This document shows, piece by piece, positions 31,479 to 41,200 of a stretch of DNA of 64,000 nt. Each line of letters begins with the position of its first letter. The stretch's first letter is position 1. Where the stretch lies: assembly GCA_938021205.1 (NCBI GenBank), contig CALIGI010000054.1, positions 2,149 to 66,148 on the forward strand. The letters run 5' to 3'. Position numbers and translations under genes: made by a program. A model generated the notes under the pieces. The model was not told the origin of the DNA, did no database searches, and saw nothing but the letters and a program-made list of their open reading frames with translations. This DNA comes from an uncultured Pseudanabaenaceae cyanobacterium. Its GTDB lineage: Bacteria > Cyanobacteriota > Cyanobacteriia > PCC-9006 > JAAUQQ01.

Positions 31479-31526
31479 TTAGAAACGCCCGTCGTAAGTA
31501 AATCGGACAATGATTACCCCCTGGTG

Positions 31527-31556
31527 GTAGGTGGACGTGGTATGCCATGTCCCTAC
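31527..31556. repeat. GTAG-type REP-like hairpin
   Basis: GTAGGTGGACGTGGTATGCCATGTCCCTAC. Confidence 0.5.
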
Positions 31557-31603
31557 AGTTTGTGGGTTGATCTATTCAATATTGAGTTATTTAGAGGGTT
31601 GAA

Positions 31604-32263
31604 ATGGTACAAGCTACCCGCCCGATCGCGTCCCAAGCTGCTTTGGTGCCAACAGAGCCCATCAATCCAGGCGACGAACGCTTTTGGCCCGATCCATTGG
31701 CAATGCCATCGCTAGTCGATCTGAATCGCTACGACCAATCCCATTTTGATCGCGGTCGGCCCGGCTGGTTCGTGTTGCTGTGGTGGCTCGTGCAAGGCGT
31801 GGCTTTCACGCTCAGTCCCCACTTTGCCAATGGTTTTCGGGCAGCTTTGCTACGGAGTTTTGGCGCGGAGATTGGCGAGAATGTGATTATTCGCCCCACG
31901 GCTCGATTTACCTATCCCTGGAAAGTGGCGATCGGTGACAACAGCTGGGTGGGTGACGATGTTGTCTTCTATAGCTTTGAAAAAATCACCTTGGGCAATC
32001 ACTGCGTCGTCTCCCAAAAGAGCTACCTTTGCACTGGCAGCCATGATGTGGAAGATCCAACTTTCAAGCTCACCACGGCTCCCATCACCATTGGCAATGG
32101 CGCTTGGGTGGCAACGGATTGCTTTGTGGCACCGGGTGTGACCATTGGAGCCAATGCGGTCATGGGGGCTCGCAGTAGCGCTTTCAAAGATTTACCGCCG
32201 GGTTACCTTTGCATGGGTAGTCCTTGCAAGCCAGTGCGGGCTCGCAATCTGCGAGAGTTGTAG
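31604..32263 (+). CDS. wcaF: WcaF-family polysaccharide acetyltransferase (HpsU-like)
   Basis: LLRSFGAEIG, FTYPWKVAIGDNSWVGD, LCTGSHD, hexapeptide repeats. Confidence 0.88.
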   Translation: MVQATRPIASQAALVPTEPINPGDERFWPDPLAMPSLVDLNRYDQSHFDRGRPGWFVLLWWLVQGVAFTLSPHFANGFRAALLRSFGAEIGENVIIRPTARFTYPWKVAIGDNSWVGDDVVFYSFEKITLGNHCVVSQKSYLCTGSHDVEDPTFKLTTAPITIGNGAWVATDCFVAPGVTIGANAVMGARSSAFKDLPPGYLCMGSPCKPVRARNLREL

Positions 32264-32416
32264 GTGGCTAGATGCGGCATCGGAGCATTACCCCTCGGCA
32301 TTAAATCTCGGCTTCAAACACCGGAGGTTTCCATGAGATTGGAGGATTTAACCCCTAGCCTCTGACAAACACCCGGTGTTTTTGTTAGACCCCTCCAGAC
32401 TTCTACAATAGAAAGG

Positions 32417-33664
32417 TTGTGCATTGGCTTTGCCATGACCTCACCTCGCATTAGCCTCTGCATGATCGTCAAGGATGAGGCGGAAGCATTGCCTACTTGC
32501 CTCGGGAGCCTAGCCGCCGCAGACCCCGAAGGCTGGATTACCGAACGCATCATTCTTGACACAGGCTCCAGCGACGACACCGTTGCCATTGCCAAAAGCC
32601 TCGATTGCCAAGTTTTCCATTATGAGTGGAGCGACGATTTTGCGGTGGCTCGTAATCACTGCATCAGCCATGCAACTGGAGATTGGCTGCTAGTGCTTGA
32701 TGCTGACGAGCAGCTCGTGAGTCAGGCTCTAAGTTCACTGAAGCCGTTGCTCCAGCAACCGAATGTTGTCGCGATCAATCTCCTGCGCCAAGAAGTGGGA
32801 GCGGCTCAATCTCCCTATTCCATGGTGTCACGGTTGTTTCGCCGTCATTCAGAACTGGAGTTTCGTCGCCCCTACCACGCCATGATTGACGACAGCATGG
32901 CAGAGCTATTGCAGAAAGAGCCGGATTGGAAGGTTGTGGATGCATCCCATATTGCCATTCGCCACGATGGCTATCAAGCTGGAGCGATCGCGGCTCAAAA
33001 CAAGTTCATCCGTGCTCGTCAGGCAATGGAGTCTTACCTAAAGGAGAACCCCAAGGACGGCTACTGTTGCGCAAAACTCGGTGCTCTCTATGGCGAAGAA
33101 GGCAACTGGAGCCGAGGGATTAGCTTGCTAAATCGAGGGCTTAAATCCACAGAATTAGATGCTCCGAGTCGCTATGAGTTGCATTATCATCTAGCCATTG
33201 GCCATCGCCAGCTTGGTAATGTGGAGGCCGCAGCCCAGGCCTACCAAGCGGCCCTGGAAGTTGCAGTGCCAGACATTATTAAGTTGGGTGCCTTCAATAA
33301 TTTTGCTAGCCTGCTCCAGGCGGAAGGGCTACCGGAGATGGCCAGATCGCTGTATGAACAGGCGATCGCTATCGACCCCAACTTTGCTACAGCCCACTAC
33401 AACCTGGGCAAGCTCAAGCGGGAGCAGGGGGACCTGACGGGGGCGATTACCGCCTATGAAACGGCCCTATCCCTTACCCCAGAAGCCCCCGAGATTCATC
33501 AAAACCTGGGGGTGGCCCTACTCAAAGCTGGTGCATTGGACCAGAGCAAAAGTGCCTTTGAGCAGGCGATCGCCCTCTACGAGGTTCAGCAGCCCGACCA
33601 GGCTGAAACCCTACGCCGCCAGCTCGGGGAGCTTAATCTGTTCCCGCCAGGGCAAGGGCTCTAG
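32417..33664 (+). CDS. GT2 glycosyltransferase with C-terminal TPRs
   Basis: ISLCMIVKDE, DTGSSDDT, DDFAVARN, LVLDADE; TPRs (AHYNLG, IHQNLG). Confidence 0.92.
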   Translation: MCIGFAMTSPRISLCMIVKDEAEALPTCLGSLAAADPEGWITERIILDTGSSDDTVAIAKSLDCQVFHYEWSDDFAVARNHCISHATGDWLLVLDADEQLVSQALSSLKPLLQQPNVVAINLLRQEVGAAQSPYSMVSRLFRRHSELEFRRPYHAMIDDSMAELLQKEPDWKVVDASHIAIRHDGYQAGAIAAQNKFIRARQAMESYLKENPKDGYCCAKLGALYGEEGNWSRGISLLNRGLKSTELDAPSRYELHYHLAIGHRQLGNVEAAAQAYQAALEVAVPDIIKLGAFNNFASLLQAEGLPEMARSLYEQAIAIDPNFATAHYNLGKLKREQGDLTGAITAYETALSLTPEAPEIHQNLGVALLKAGALDQSKSAFEQAIALYEVQQPDQAETLRRQLGELNLFPPGQGL

Positions 33665-35803
33665 GACAATTTTCTCCGCTGCTTCAGCGTTAAGGGGTTT
33701 AGAGAACCAGTAGCCCTGAGCTGCGGGGCAGCCCATCCGCAGGAGGTGCTCCCGCTGGTGAGGTTCCTCAATCCCCTCGGCAATTACGCCCATACCAAGG
33801 TGGTGGGCTAGGTTGATCACCATGGCTGCAATTTCGCTATTCTCGCCATTGAGACCAATGTCGCTCACGAAGGCGCGATCTACCTTGAGGTGATCTAAGG
33901 GGAATCGATGGAGGTAGCTAAGACAGGAATAGCCTGTGCCAAAATCATCCAGAGCTAATTCAATGCCCCGCTGTTTTAAGGCCTGGAGTAAGGCCAGCAG
34001 CTCCTCTAAATCTTCCATGAAAATACTTTCGGTGATTTCGAGCTGGAGTCCCTGACGATTCCAGTCCTGAAGATCCAGTAAAAAATCCAAGCGCTGTAAA
34101 AAGTCAGGACTCTTGAGCTGTTGAATTGATAGGTTCACGCTCATCTTGAGATATTGGGCCTGGGGAGAGAGCTTGCGCCAGCGCAACAGCTGTTCCATGG
34201 CTTCCTGCAAGATCCACTCTCCCAGCGGCACAATTAAGCCCGTCTCTTCGGCAATGGGAATAAAATCAGCGGGAGAAACCATGCCTTTCTCTGGGCTAAA
34301 CCAACGTACCAAGGCTTCAAAGCCTAACAATGCGCCGGTATCCGTCGAGACAATGGGCTGGTAATGGAGCTGGAATTGCTCTGCTTCCAAGGCATGGCGC
34401 AAATCTAGCTCTAGCTGGAGCTTGCCCGAAACCTGTTCATACATGCCCCGGTCAAAGATGATGTAGTCTCCCTTGCGGCCCTGGGCCTTGGCGGTGTACA
34501 TCGCAATATCCGCATTGCGTAGGAGTTCATCCGCTGTTTCATACTGGGCTGTCCCCTGGGCAATGCCAATGCTGGCACTGGTAAAGAGCGGTTGTTCAAG
34601 GCCTAAGTCGAAGGGCTTTTTCAGCAAGGTGTTAATTCGCTCAGCCACATGAACGGCATCTTCGAGGGAACGAATTTCCTGGAGCAATACGACAAATTCA
34701 TCACCCCCCAGACGCGCCACAATATCGGAATCTCGCACCGTGGTTTCCAAGCGCCGCGCGATCGCCACGAGAAGGCGATCGCCGATGTGGTGACCCAGGC
34801 TATCATTCACGACCTTGAAGCGATTGAGGTCCAAAAACAATAGCGCAAAACAATGGTCCGGATTGTGCCGAGACATTTCGAACACATCGTCCAAACGCTG
34901 ACAAATAAAGGCGCGATTGGGTAAACCCGTCAGGTCATCGTGATTTGCGTTGTGACGCAGTTCAGCTTCCACCTGCTTACGGTGGGTCAAATCCATAAAC
35001 TGGCTAATTAAATAGGTTGGATGATCACGCTCCCCCTGCACAGATGCTGCTTGCAGCAACCCATGAATCTCTTCACCATCCTTTGCGACACAGCGGAGCT
35101 CTGTCTTAAAGTTGTTGATCTGACTTTCCGCTAACTGCTGCAAAGACAACATCGCCAGCTTCTTTTCATCCGGATGAATAAAATGATGCCAGCTCAGCTC
35201 TAATAGCTCGGTTTTGGTATGGCCCAACACCTCACAAAGAGACTGATTGACATCCACAAACTCTCCCTTCGCATCGGTGACGGCCATGCCAATGGGAGCC
35301 TGGCTAAAGATAGACCGGAACTGAGCTGAGGCTCGATGTCGTTCCTCTGCTTCCTTGACTAGGGCCGCAGTCCGCTGCTCAACTCGTTCTTCCAGCTCCC
35401 GGTTCAATTGGGCCAGGCCCGATTGAGCTGCCTGAAACTCCAAGTGGTGACGGACCCGCGCGAGGGTTTCACTGGTATCAATGGGCTTCGTGATGTAGTC
35501 CACAGCCCCCACCTCAAAGGCCTTAACTTTGTTAAGCCCCTCTGACAGCGCCGACATGAAAATCACCGGAATGTGAGCGGTTCGAGGATTCTCCTTGAAG
35601 CGACGGCAAGTCTCATAGCCATCAATCCCTGGCATCATCACATCCAAGAGCACCATTTGGGGCTCGATCATGTCGAGGATTTCCAGGGCCATTTCCCCCG
35701 TCTGGGCGATCGCTACTTCAAACCCAGCATCACTCAAAAGAGCACAAAGCACCTGAAGATTAGTAGGGGTATCATCAACGATCAAAATCGGTTGGGAAGC
35801 CAT
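33611..35803 (-). CDS. REC-PAS-GGDEF-EAL c-di-GMP signalling protein
   Basis: LLDVMMP; PAS; RLGGDEF with RDSD I-site; FEALVRW; LDDFGTGYS. Confidence 0.95.
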   Translation of the reverse strand: MASQPILIVDDTPTNLQVLCALLSDAGFEVAIAQTGEMALEILDMIEPQMVLLDVMMPGIDGYETCRRFKENPRTAHIPVIFMSALSEGLNKVKAFEVGAVDYITKPIDTSETLARVRHHLEFQAAQSGLAQLNRELEERVEQRTAALVKEAEERHRASAQFRSIFSQAPIGMAVTDAKGEFVDVNQSLCEVLGHTKTELLELSWHHFIHPDEKKLAMLSLQQLAESQINNFKTELRCVAKDGEEIHGLLQAASVQGERDHPTYLISQFMDLTHRKQVEAELRHNANHDDLTGLPNRAFICQRLDDVFEMSRHNPDHCFALLFLDLNRFKVVNDSLGHHIGDRLLVAIARRLETTVRDSDIVARLGGDEFVVLLQEIRSLEDAVHVAERINTLLKKPFDLGLEQPLFTSASIGIAQGTAQYETADELLRNADIAMYTAKAQGRKGDYIIFDRGMYEQVSGKLQLELDLRHALEAEQFQLHYQPIVSTDTGALLGFEALVRWFSPEKGMVSPADFIPIAEETGLIVPLGEWILQEAMEQLLRWRKLSPQAQYLKMSVNLSIQQLKSPDFLQRLDFLLDLQDWNRQGLQLEITESIFMEDLEELLALLQALKQRGIELALDDFGTGYSCLSYLHRFPLDHLKVDRAFVSDIGLNGENSEIAAMVINLAHHLGMGVIAEGIEEPHQREHLLRMGCPAAQGYWFSKPLNAEAAEKIVLEPLPWREQIKLPELAA

Positions 35804-36322
35804 GGTGATATATGCGCTGCGGAACGTTCGAGAGCAAGGGAGATTGCCCCAGAAGACAGCGCCTTGGAAGACAACGCCTTAGAAGACAACTTTTTCTCTG
35901 TGGGCCTTCATCAATATGTTTTTTCGTGAGGTAAAGAAAATCGCTATCCACCACGAACTTGCAAAGCTGTCCATCAGCAGCTCCCACGAGTGAGCCTCTC
36001 ATCCAAACTACGCAGACCCCTTGGGCTACAATCGTTTATTTCCCTAGGCATTGGGTTCGATGGGAAGTGATGCAACGCCCCATACCCAGGTTTCAATGGC
36101 ATGACTACTGAATTGTGCTACAAAGCCTCGGTTCGACTTGCTGAGGGGAATTACAGGGGAGAATAGGACGCCCTCCTGGAATTAGCTGAGACAATCTGTT
36201 GCTGTTGCAGCAACAATAGAGCCTGACTTCAGAAACGCTTCATATGCGTTAGCTGGCTCTAGGATAACGGTCCGTTTCTGCCGCCGACCCGCTGCTGACC
36301 CATTGTTTCGCAACCCAATCCC

Positions 36323-37087
36323 ATGGTCAATCTCTCTGCCGAACATCCTTCGCTGTCCCCGGTCTCCCCCGGCAAGGTTTATCTCCTCGGGGCTGGTCCC
36401 GGAGCCTTGGACTACCTCACCCTCCAGGGACAGTCTTGCCTCCAGCAAGCAGATGTCTTGATTTATGACGCCTTAATCGACGATCGCCTCCAGGCCCAAG
36501 TCTCTGAGCAATGCCAACTGATCCAAGTGGGCAAGCGAGGTGGACAACCCAGCACCCCCCAAGCTGCAATTAATCAGTTACTCGTGGAACAATGCCAGCA
36601 GGGCCAGCAGGTCGTTCGTCTCAAAAGCGGTGACCCTTTTATTTTTGGCAGAGCCAGTGCCGAAATCCAGGCTTTGAAAGCTGCGGGATGTGACTTTGAG
36701 ATTATTCCCGGCCTTTCCTCGGCCCTAGTGGCTCCCCTATTAGCAGGTATTCCTCTCACTGATCCCGTGCTGAGTCGAGGCTTCAGCGTCTTCACCGCCC
36801 ATGACATTGATGCCCTTAACTGGGAGGCCTTGACCCAGTTACCCACGCTGGTTCTGCTTATGGGGGGGCGTAAGTTGGGAGCCATTGTGCAGCAATTATT
36901 AGGGCATGGGCGATCGCCCTATTGTCCCATTGCCATCATTCGCTGGGCAGGACAGCCTGAGCAAGCCGTGATTGCCAGCACCCTAGAAGCGATTGAACAG
37001 CGCGTAGCCGAGCAAAACCTAGCGCAATTGTCGCCCTGCGTGATTGTGGTGGGTGAAGTGGTGAGTTTGCGGGAATTTTTGCAATAG
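36323..37087 (+). CDS. cobA: Uroporphyrinogen-III C-methyltransferase
   Basis: VYLLGAGPG, YDAL, VGKRGG, VVRLKSGDPFIFGR, IPLT. Confidence 0.95.
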   Translation: MVNLSAEHPSLSPVSPGKVYLLGAGPGALDYLTLQGQSCLQQADVLIYDALIDDRLQAQVSEQCQLIQVGKRGGQPSTPQAAINQLLVEQCQQGQQVVRLKSGDPFIFGRASAEIQALKAAGCDFEIIPGLSSALVAPLLAGIPLTDPVLSRGFSVFTAHDIDALNWEALTQLPTLVLLMGGRKLGAIVQQLLGHGRSPYCPIAIIRWAGQPEQAVIASTLEAIEQRVAEQNLAQLSPCVIVVGEVVSLREFLQ

Positions 37088-37088
37088 C

Positions 37089-37880
37089 TCAGCACTGCCT
37101 AGAGCGATCGTTCACGATCGCCGCAGTCAATCCCTCCAATGTATATTCCTGAGCTTCCACATCCACCCGCCCCAACAGCTCTCGGCAACTCTCCGAAGTC
37201 TGGGGGCCAATAGATGCGATCGCGATACCCTTCAAAATCTCCAACCAACTGGCTCCCAGCCCCTGCTCAACCAGCCGGACAAAATGCCGCACCGTCTTGG
37301 AACTGGCAAAGGTCACCACATCAATTTGCTGCGCGCGCAGCGCAGCCAGCACCGCATCATCTGCTTGCGCCGGACAGCGAGACTCATAGGCTGCCACTTC
37401 AACAACCTCAGCACCCCCTGCTCGAAATGCCTTCACTAAAACCTCTCGTCCGCCACTCTCTACCCGAGGGAAAAGAATTTTTTGCCCCGGCAACGGCTCA
37501 GGAAAATGGGCGGCCAAAGAATCCGCCACAAAACTGGGGGGAGTGAAGTCTGGGCTAAGACCATAATCGGCCAAAACAGAAGCTGTTTTTTTACCAATAG
37601 CAGCCAGCTTTAAACCGTATAAATTTGGACTTTTCGGACTCACTTCCTTTAGTCGGCTGGTAAAGAAAATTACCGCATTTGCCGATGTGAGAATCAACCA
37701 ATCAAATTGCTCTAGCTGGGCGATCGCTCCATCCAATTGCGCCCAACTAGAGGGTGGAGTGATGGCGATCGTCGGCATCTCCAGCACCTCCGCCCCTTCA
37801 TTTCGTAACAGTGACCCAAAACTACTCGCCTGACTGGCTGAGCGGGTCACCAAAATACGAGTCCCTGTCAAATCAGCCAT
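37089..37880 (-). CDS. hemD: Uroporphyrinogen-III synthase
   Basis: ILVTRS, FDWLILTSANAV, IGKKTA, ILFPR, VTFASSKTV, SIGPQTS. Confidence 0.94.
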   Translation of the reverse strand: MADLTGTRILVTRSASQASSFGSLLRNEGAEVLEMPTIAITPPSSWAQLDGAIAQLEQFDWLILTSANAVIFFTSRLKEVSPKSPNLYGLKLAAIGKKTASVLADYGLSPDFTPPSFVADSLAAHFPEPLPGQKILFPRVESGGREVLVKAFRAGGAEVVEVAAYESRCPAQADDAVLAALRAQQIDVVTFASSKTVRHFVRLVEQGLGASWLEILKGIAIASIGPQTSESCRELLGRVDVEAQEYTLEGLTAAIVNDRSRQC

Positions 37881-38227
37881 GTTCTTGAGCAGAGTGTGAT
37901 GAATTCTTTGCCTAGCAATTATTAGCCACAGTTAGCCTCTTGGCGACAAGAAACAACAAGACATATCGAGAAGGAGAGCTGAGTCAGGCTTTTGCGTAAT
38001 AAATCTGAAATATTTTATGACCGGATGATACAAATAGTCACCGTAAATACCAGTAGCCTTTTGTGAAGGCTGGCTAGTTCGTTCGTGAGCATTATTTAAC
38101 ACTCAAAATTCGATGGTATTGATTAGAGGGCAATGACGAGATGACCGATTGTCTCCATCACCATTGAATCAGAAAATCTTGTCAAAGTCTGGCTACCTAT
38201 CTAAATAACTTTATCTCAAGAATATCC

Positions 38228-41200
38228 ATGGCAACGCCAATTCGTCTAGAAGCCGAAAATTTTGACCTCACGACTTTTGGCGTAGAGGATTTACCCATTG
38301 GTGGCGTTGCCTCAGGCAACTCGGTGATTAACCTGAGTACAGCAGGAGCAAGAGGCAAAGCTCAAACCACCCTAAATCTTGAAGGTACCTATGACGTTTT
38401 CATTGGTTACTACGACGACCAAGATGGCCAGGGTCAACTGGGCGTCAGGCTAGGTGGCACAACTCTAAAATATTGGACCCTCAATAAGGACCTGGGCGAC
38501 TCCCCTGCCAATAGCTTTTACCGCAGGCAGCTGAGCAGTGATCTGTTGATCACTCCCGGTCAGAAGCTAGAAATCAGCGGCTTCAAAAAGGATAATGAAG
38601 ATATCCGCATCGACTACATCGAATTTATCCCCACTGGCGATACCGCCAACCCAGCCCAGCCCGGCGAATTGAGCTTCGGTGCCACCACTTACAACCTCAA
38701 CGAAGACGGCACAGCGACTAACCAAGTCACCGTTACTCGCAGCAACGGCAGCGATGGAGCTGTCTCTGCAACGGTTCAGCTCAACGGCGGCACAGGAAAT
38801 CCAGGAACTGCGACATCAGCTGACTATGGCACAGGAGAAATTTTAGTCAGCTTTGCCCCCGGTGAAACCAGCAAAACTGTCACTCTGCCCATCATCGACG
38901 ACAGTCTGGTGGAAGGTGCAGAGACGCTGAATATTAGCCTGGTCAATCCCGGTGGTGGCGCGAGCCTAGGGAGTCAGAGCCAAGCCATCGTCACCATCAC
39001 CGATAACGATGTTGCAACGCCCCCCAACCCGACTAATCCCGGTGAGACGATTATCCTGGAAGCGGAAGCGCTCACCCGTAGCAGTAACTACGTCATCGAA
39101 GATAGCCCGGTCGGTAGCCCGGTCGTCTCCCTCCAGGGGGGCATCGAAAATGATCATGGTACTGTCTCTACAACGCTAGATTTCGCTGGCAGCTACGATG
39201 TTTTTCTGACTTACTTTGACGAGAATGATGGCAATGCCCGCTTTGAAACCAGCATTGGCGGTTTGGCTCTAGATGAAGCCTTGCTCAATGCAGATCTAGG
39301 CAGCAATTGGATTACTACTGGCAATAGAGTGCGCCGTCAAGTCGGCAGCAGTATCAATATCAGCTCAGGCAGTAACTTTCAGGTCACGGGCTTTGAAGAT
39401 GCAGGGGAATATGCGCGTCTAGACAAGATTGAATTTATCCCCACCAGTGGCACTACTCCAGTAGAACCTACTCCAGAACCGGAACCTGCTCCAGAACCAG
39501 AACCAGAGCCAGAGCCCGGTAACGGTAACGGCGATAATAATAACAATGCAATCCGCATTGAAGCTGAAGACCTCAATCTCTCGGGGCACCGTATTCAGAC
39601 CAACAGCAACAGCTCTGGCGGTGAACTCATTAGCTTTGACGGTGGTAGCAGCAACGAGCGAGGCACTGCTAAGACAAGCCTGAACCTAAACGGCTACTAC
39701 GACGTTTTTGTCGGCTACTACGACCAGAACGATGGCGCTGCTCACATGTCTGTGACAGTGGGCGGAGACAAGCTCAAATACTGGGTTCTCAATCGCGACC
39801 AGGGCACGGCAGATGCCAATAGCAATAGCTTCATCCGCCGTCAGCTTGCCAGTTCTAAGCTCATCACTCCTGGGGCTGATCTAGAGCTCTATGGTCTAGA
39901 ACAAGACGGCGATAGCGCAGCTATCGACTACGTAGAATTTGTCCCCGTTGCTGGCACGACACCACCGCCCGCTCCAGAGCCTGAGCCCCCTTCAGAGCCC
40001 GAGCCTGCTCCAGAGCCCGAGCCTGCCCCAGAGCCCGAGCCTGCTCTTGGCAATGGCAATACCAACAACGCAATCCGTATTGAAGCTGAAGACTTAACAC
40101 TCTCGGGTCACCGCGTCCAAGCCAATAGCAGTAGCTCCGGCGGCGAGCTGATTAGCTTTGATGGCGGCAGCGACAGTGAACGCGGCACTGCAAAAACGAA
40201 TCTCAACCTCAATGGCGTCTACGATGTCTTTGTCGGTTATTACGACCAAAATGACGGCGCGGCCCAAATGTCTGTTTCTTTGGGCGGTGACAGGCTGAGG
40301 TATTGGGTGCTTAACCGTAATGAGGGCACCCCGAATGCTGACAGCAACAGCTTTATTCGCCGTCAGCTCGCTGATGCTCGCGTCATCACACCTGGCACGG
40401 AGCTAGAAGTCTATGGCTTGGAAAAGGACGGTGATAATGCTGCGGTTGACTACCTTGAATTTGTCCCGGTAGATCTTTCTACTCGCTCTGGTCGGTTGGA
40501 GTTTAGCCGGTCTAGTTACATCACCAACGAAGACGGCGGTCAATCTGCCCAAGTCACCATTAATCGCATTGCCGGACATGGTGGCACGGTCACCACAACT
40601 TTGAGCCTTACGGGAGACACGGCCACCGCAGGGAACGACTTCAATGGTGATCCCATTACGGTGACCTTTGCTCCTGGCGAAGAGAGCAAAACCTTGTTGA
40701 TCCCTGTCATCAACGATGCGACACCAGAATTTACCGAGCGGTTGACTCTACAACTTAGTGCTCCTAGCGGCGGTGCAACCCTGGGCGAAATTACCCAGGC
40801 CCAGTTCACGATTGTGGATGACGAAGAGAATCTAGAGCCCCGCCTTTATATCGGTGATGGCAAGGTGGATGAGATTAAAGCAGCCATTCAAGTGGCAGGC
40901 TCACACCACCAGCTTGCCTTCGCTGCCATGCAGGCCCGCGTGGACCAAAATGATTGGCAGATCTATGACGAAAACCTCAACGATGGCAATAAGAACTATG
41001 CTCGCACTTGGCTAGCCCGTGAAGCCTCGATGATGTATCAGCTCACGGACAATCCGATCTATGCGCAAACGGCCTACGAAGCCCTGCGTCAGGTTTACGA
41101 TGATCCTGGATTTACCAATGCCAATATCACCTCCGATAAAGGGTTAACCCGCGCCATGGTGGCTCTGGGCTTTGCTATTTCCTATGACTGGGCAGCCAAG

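Noticed and set aside
36000-36320. Cobalamin riboswitch upstream of cobA
   Set aside because: Only an isolated GGGAAG; the consensus blocks are absent
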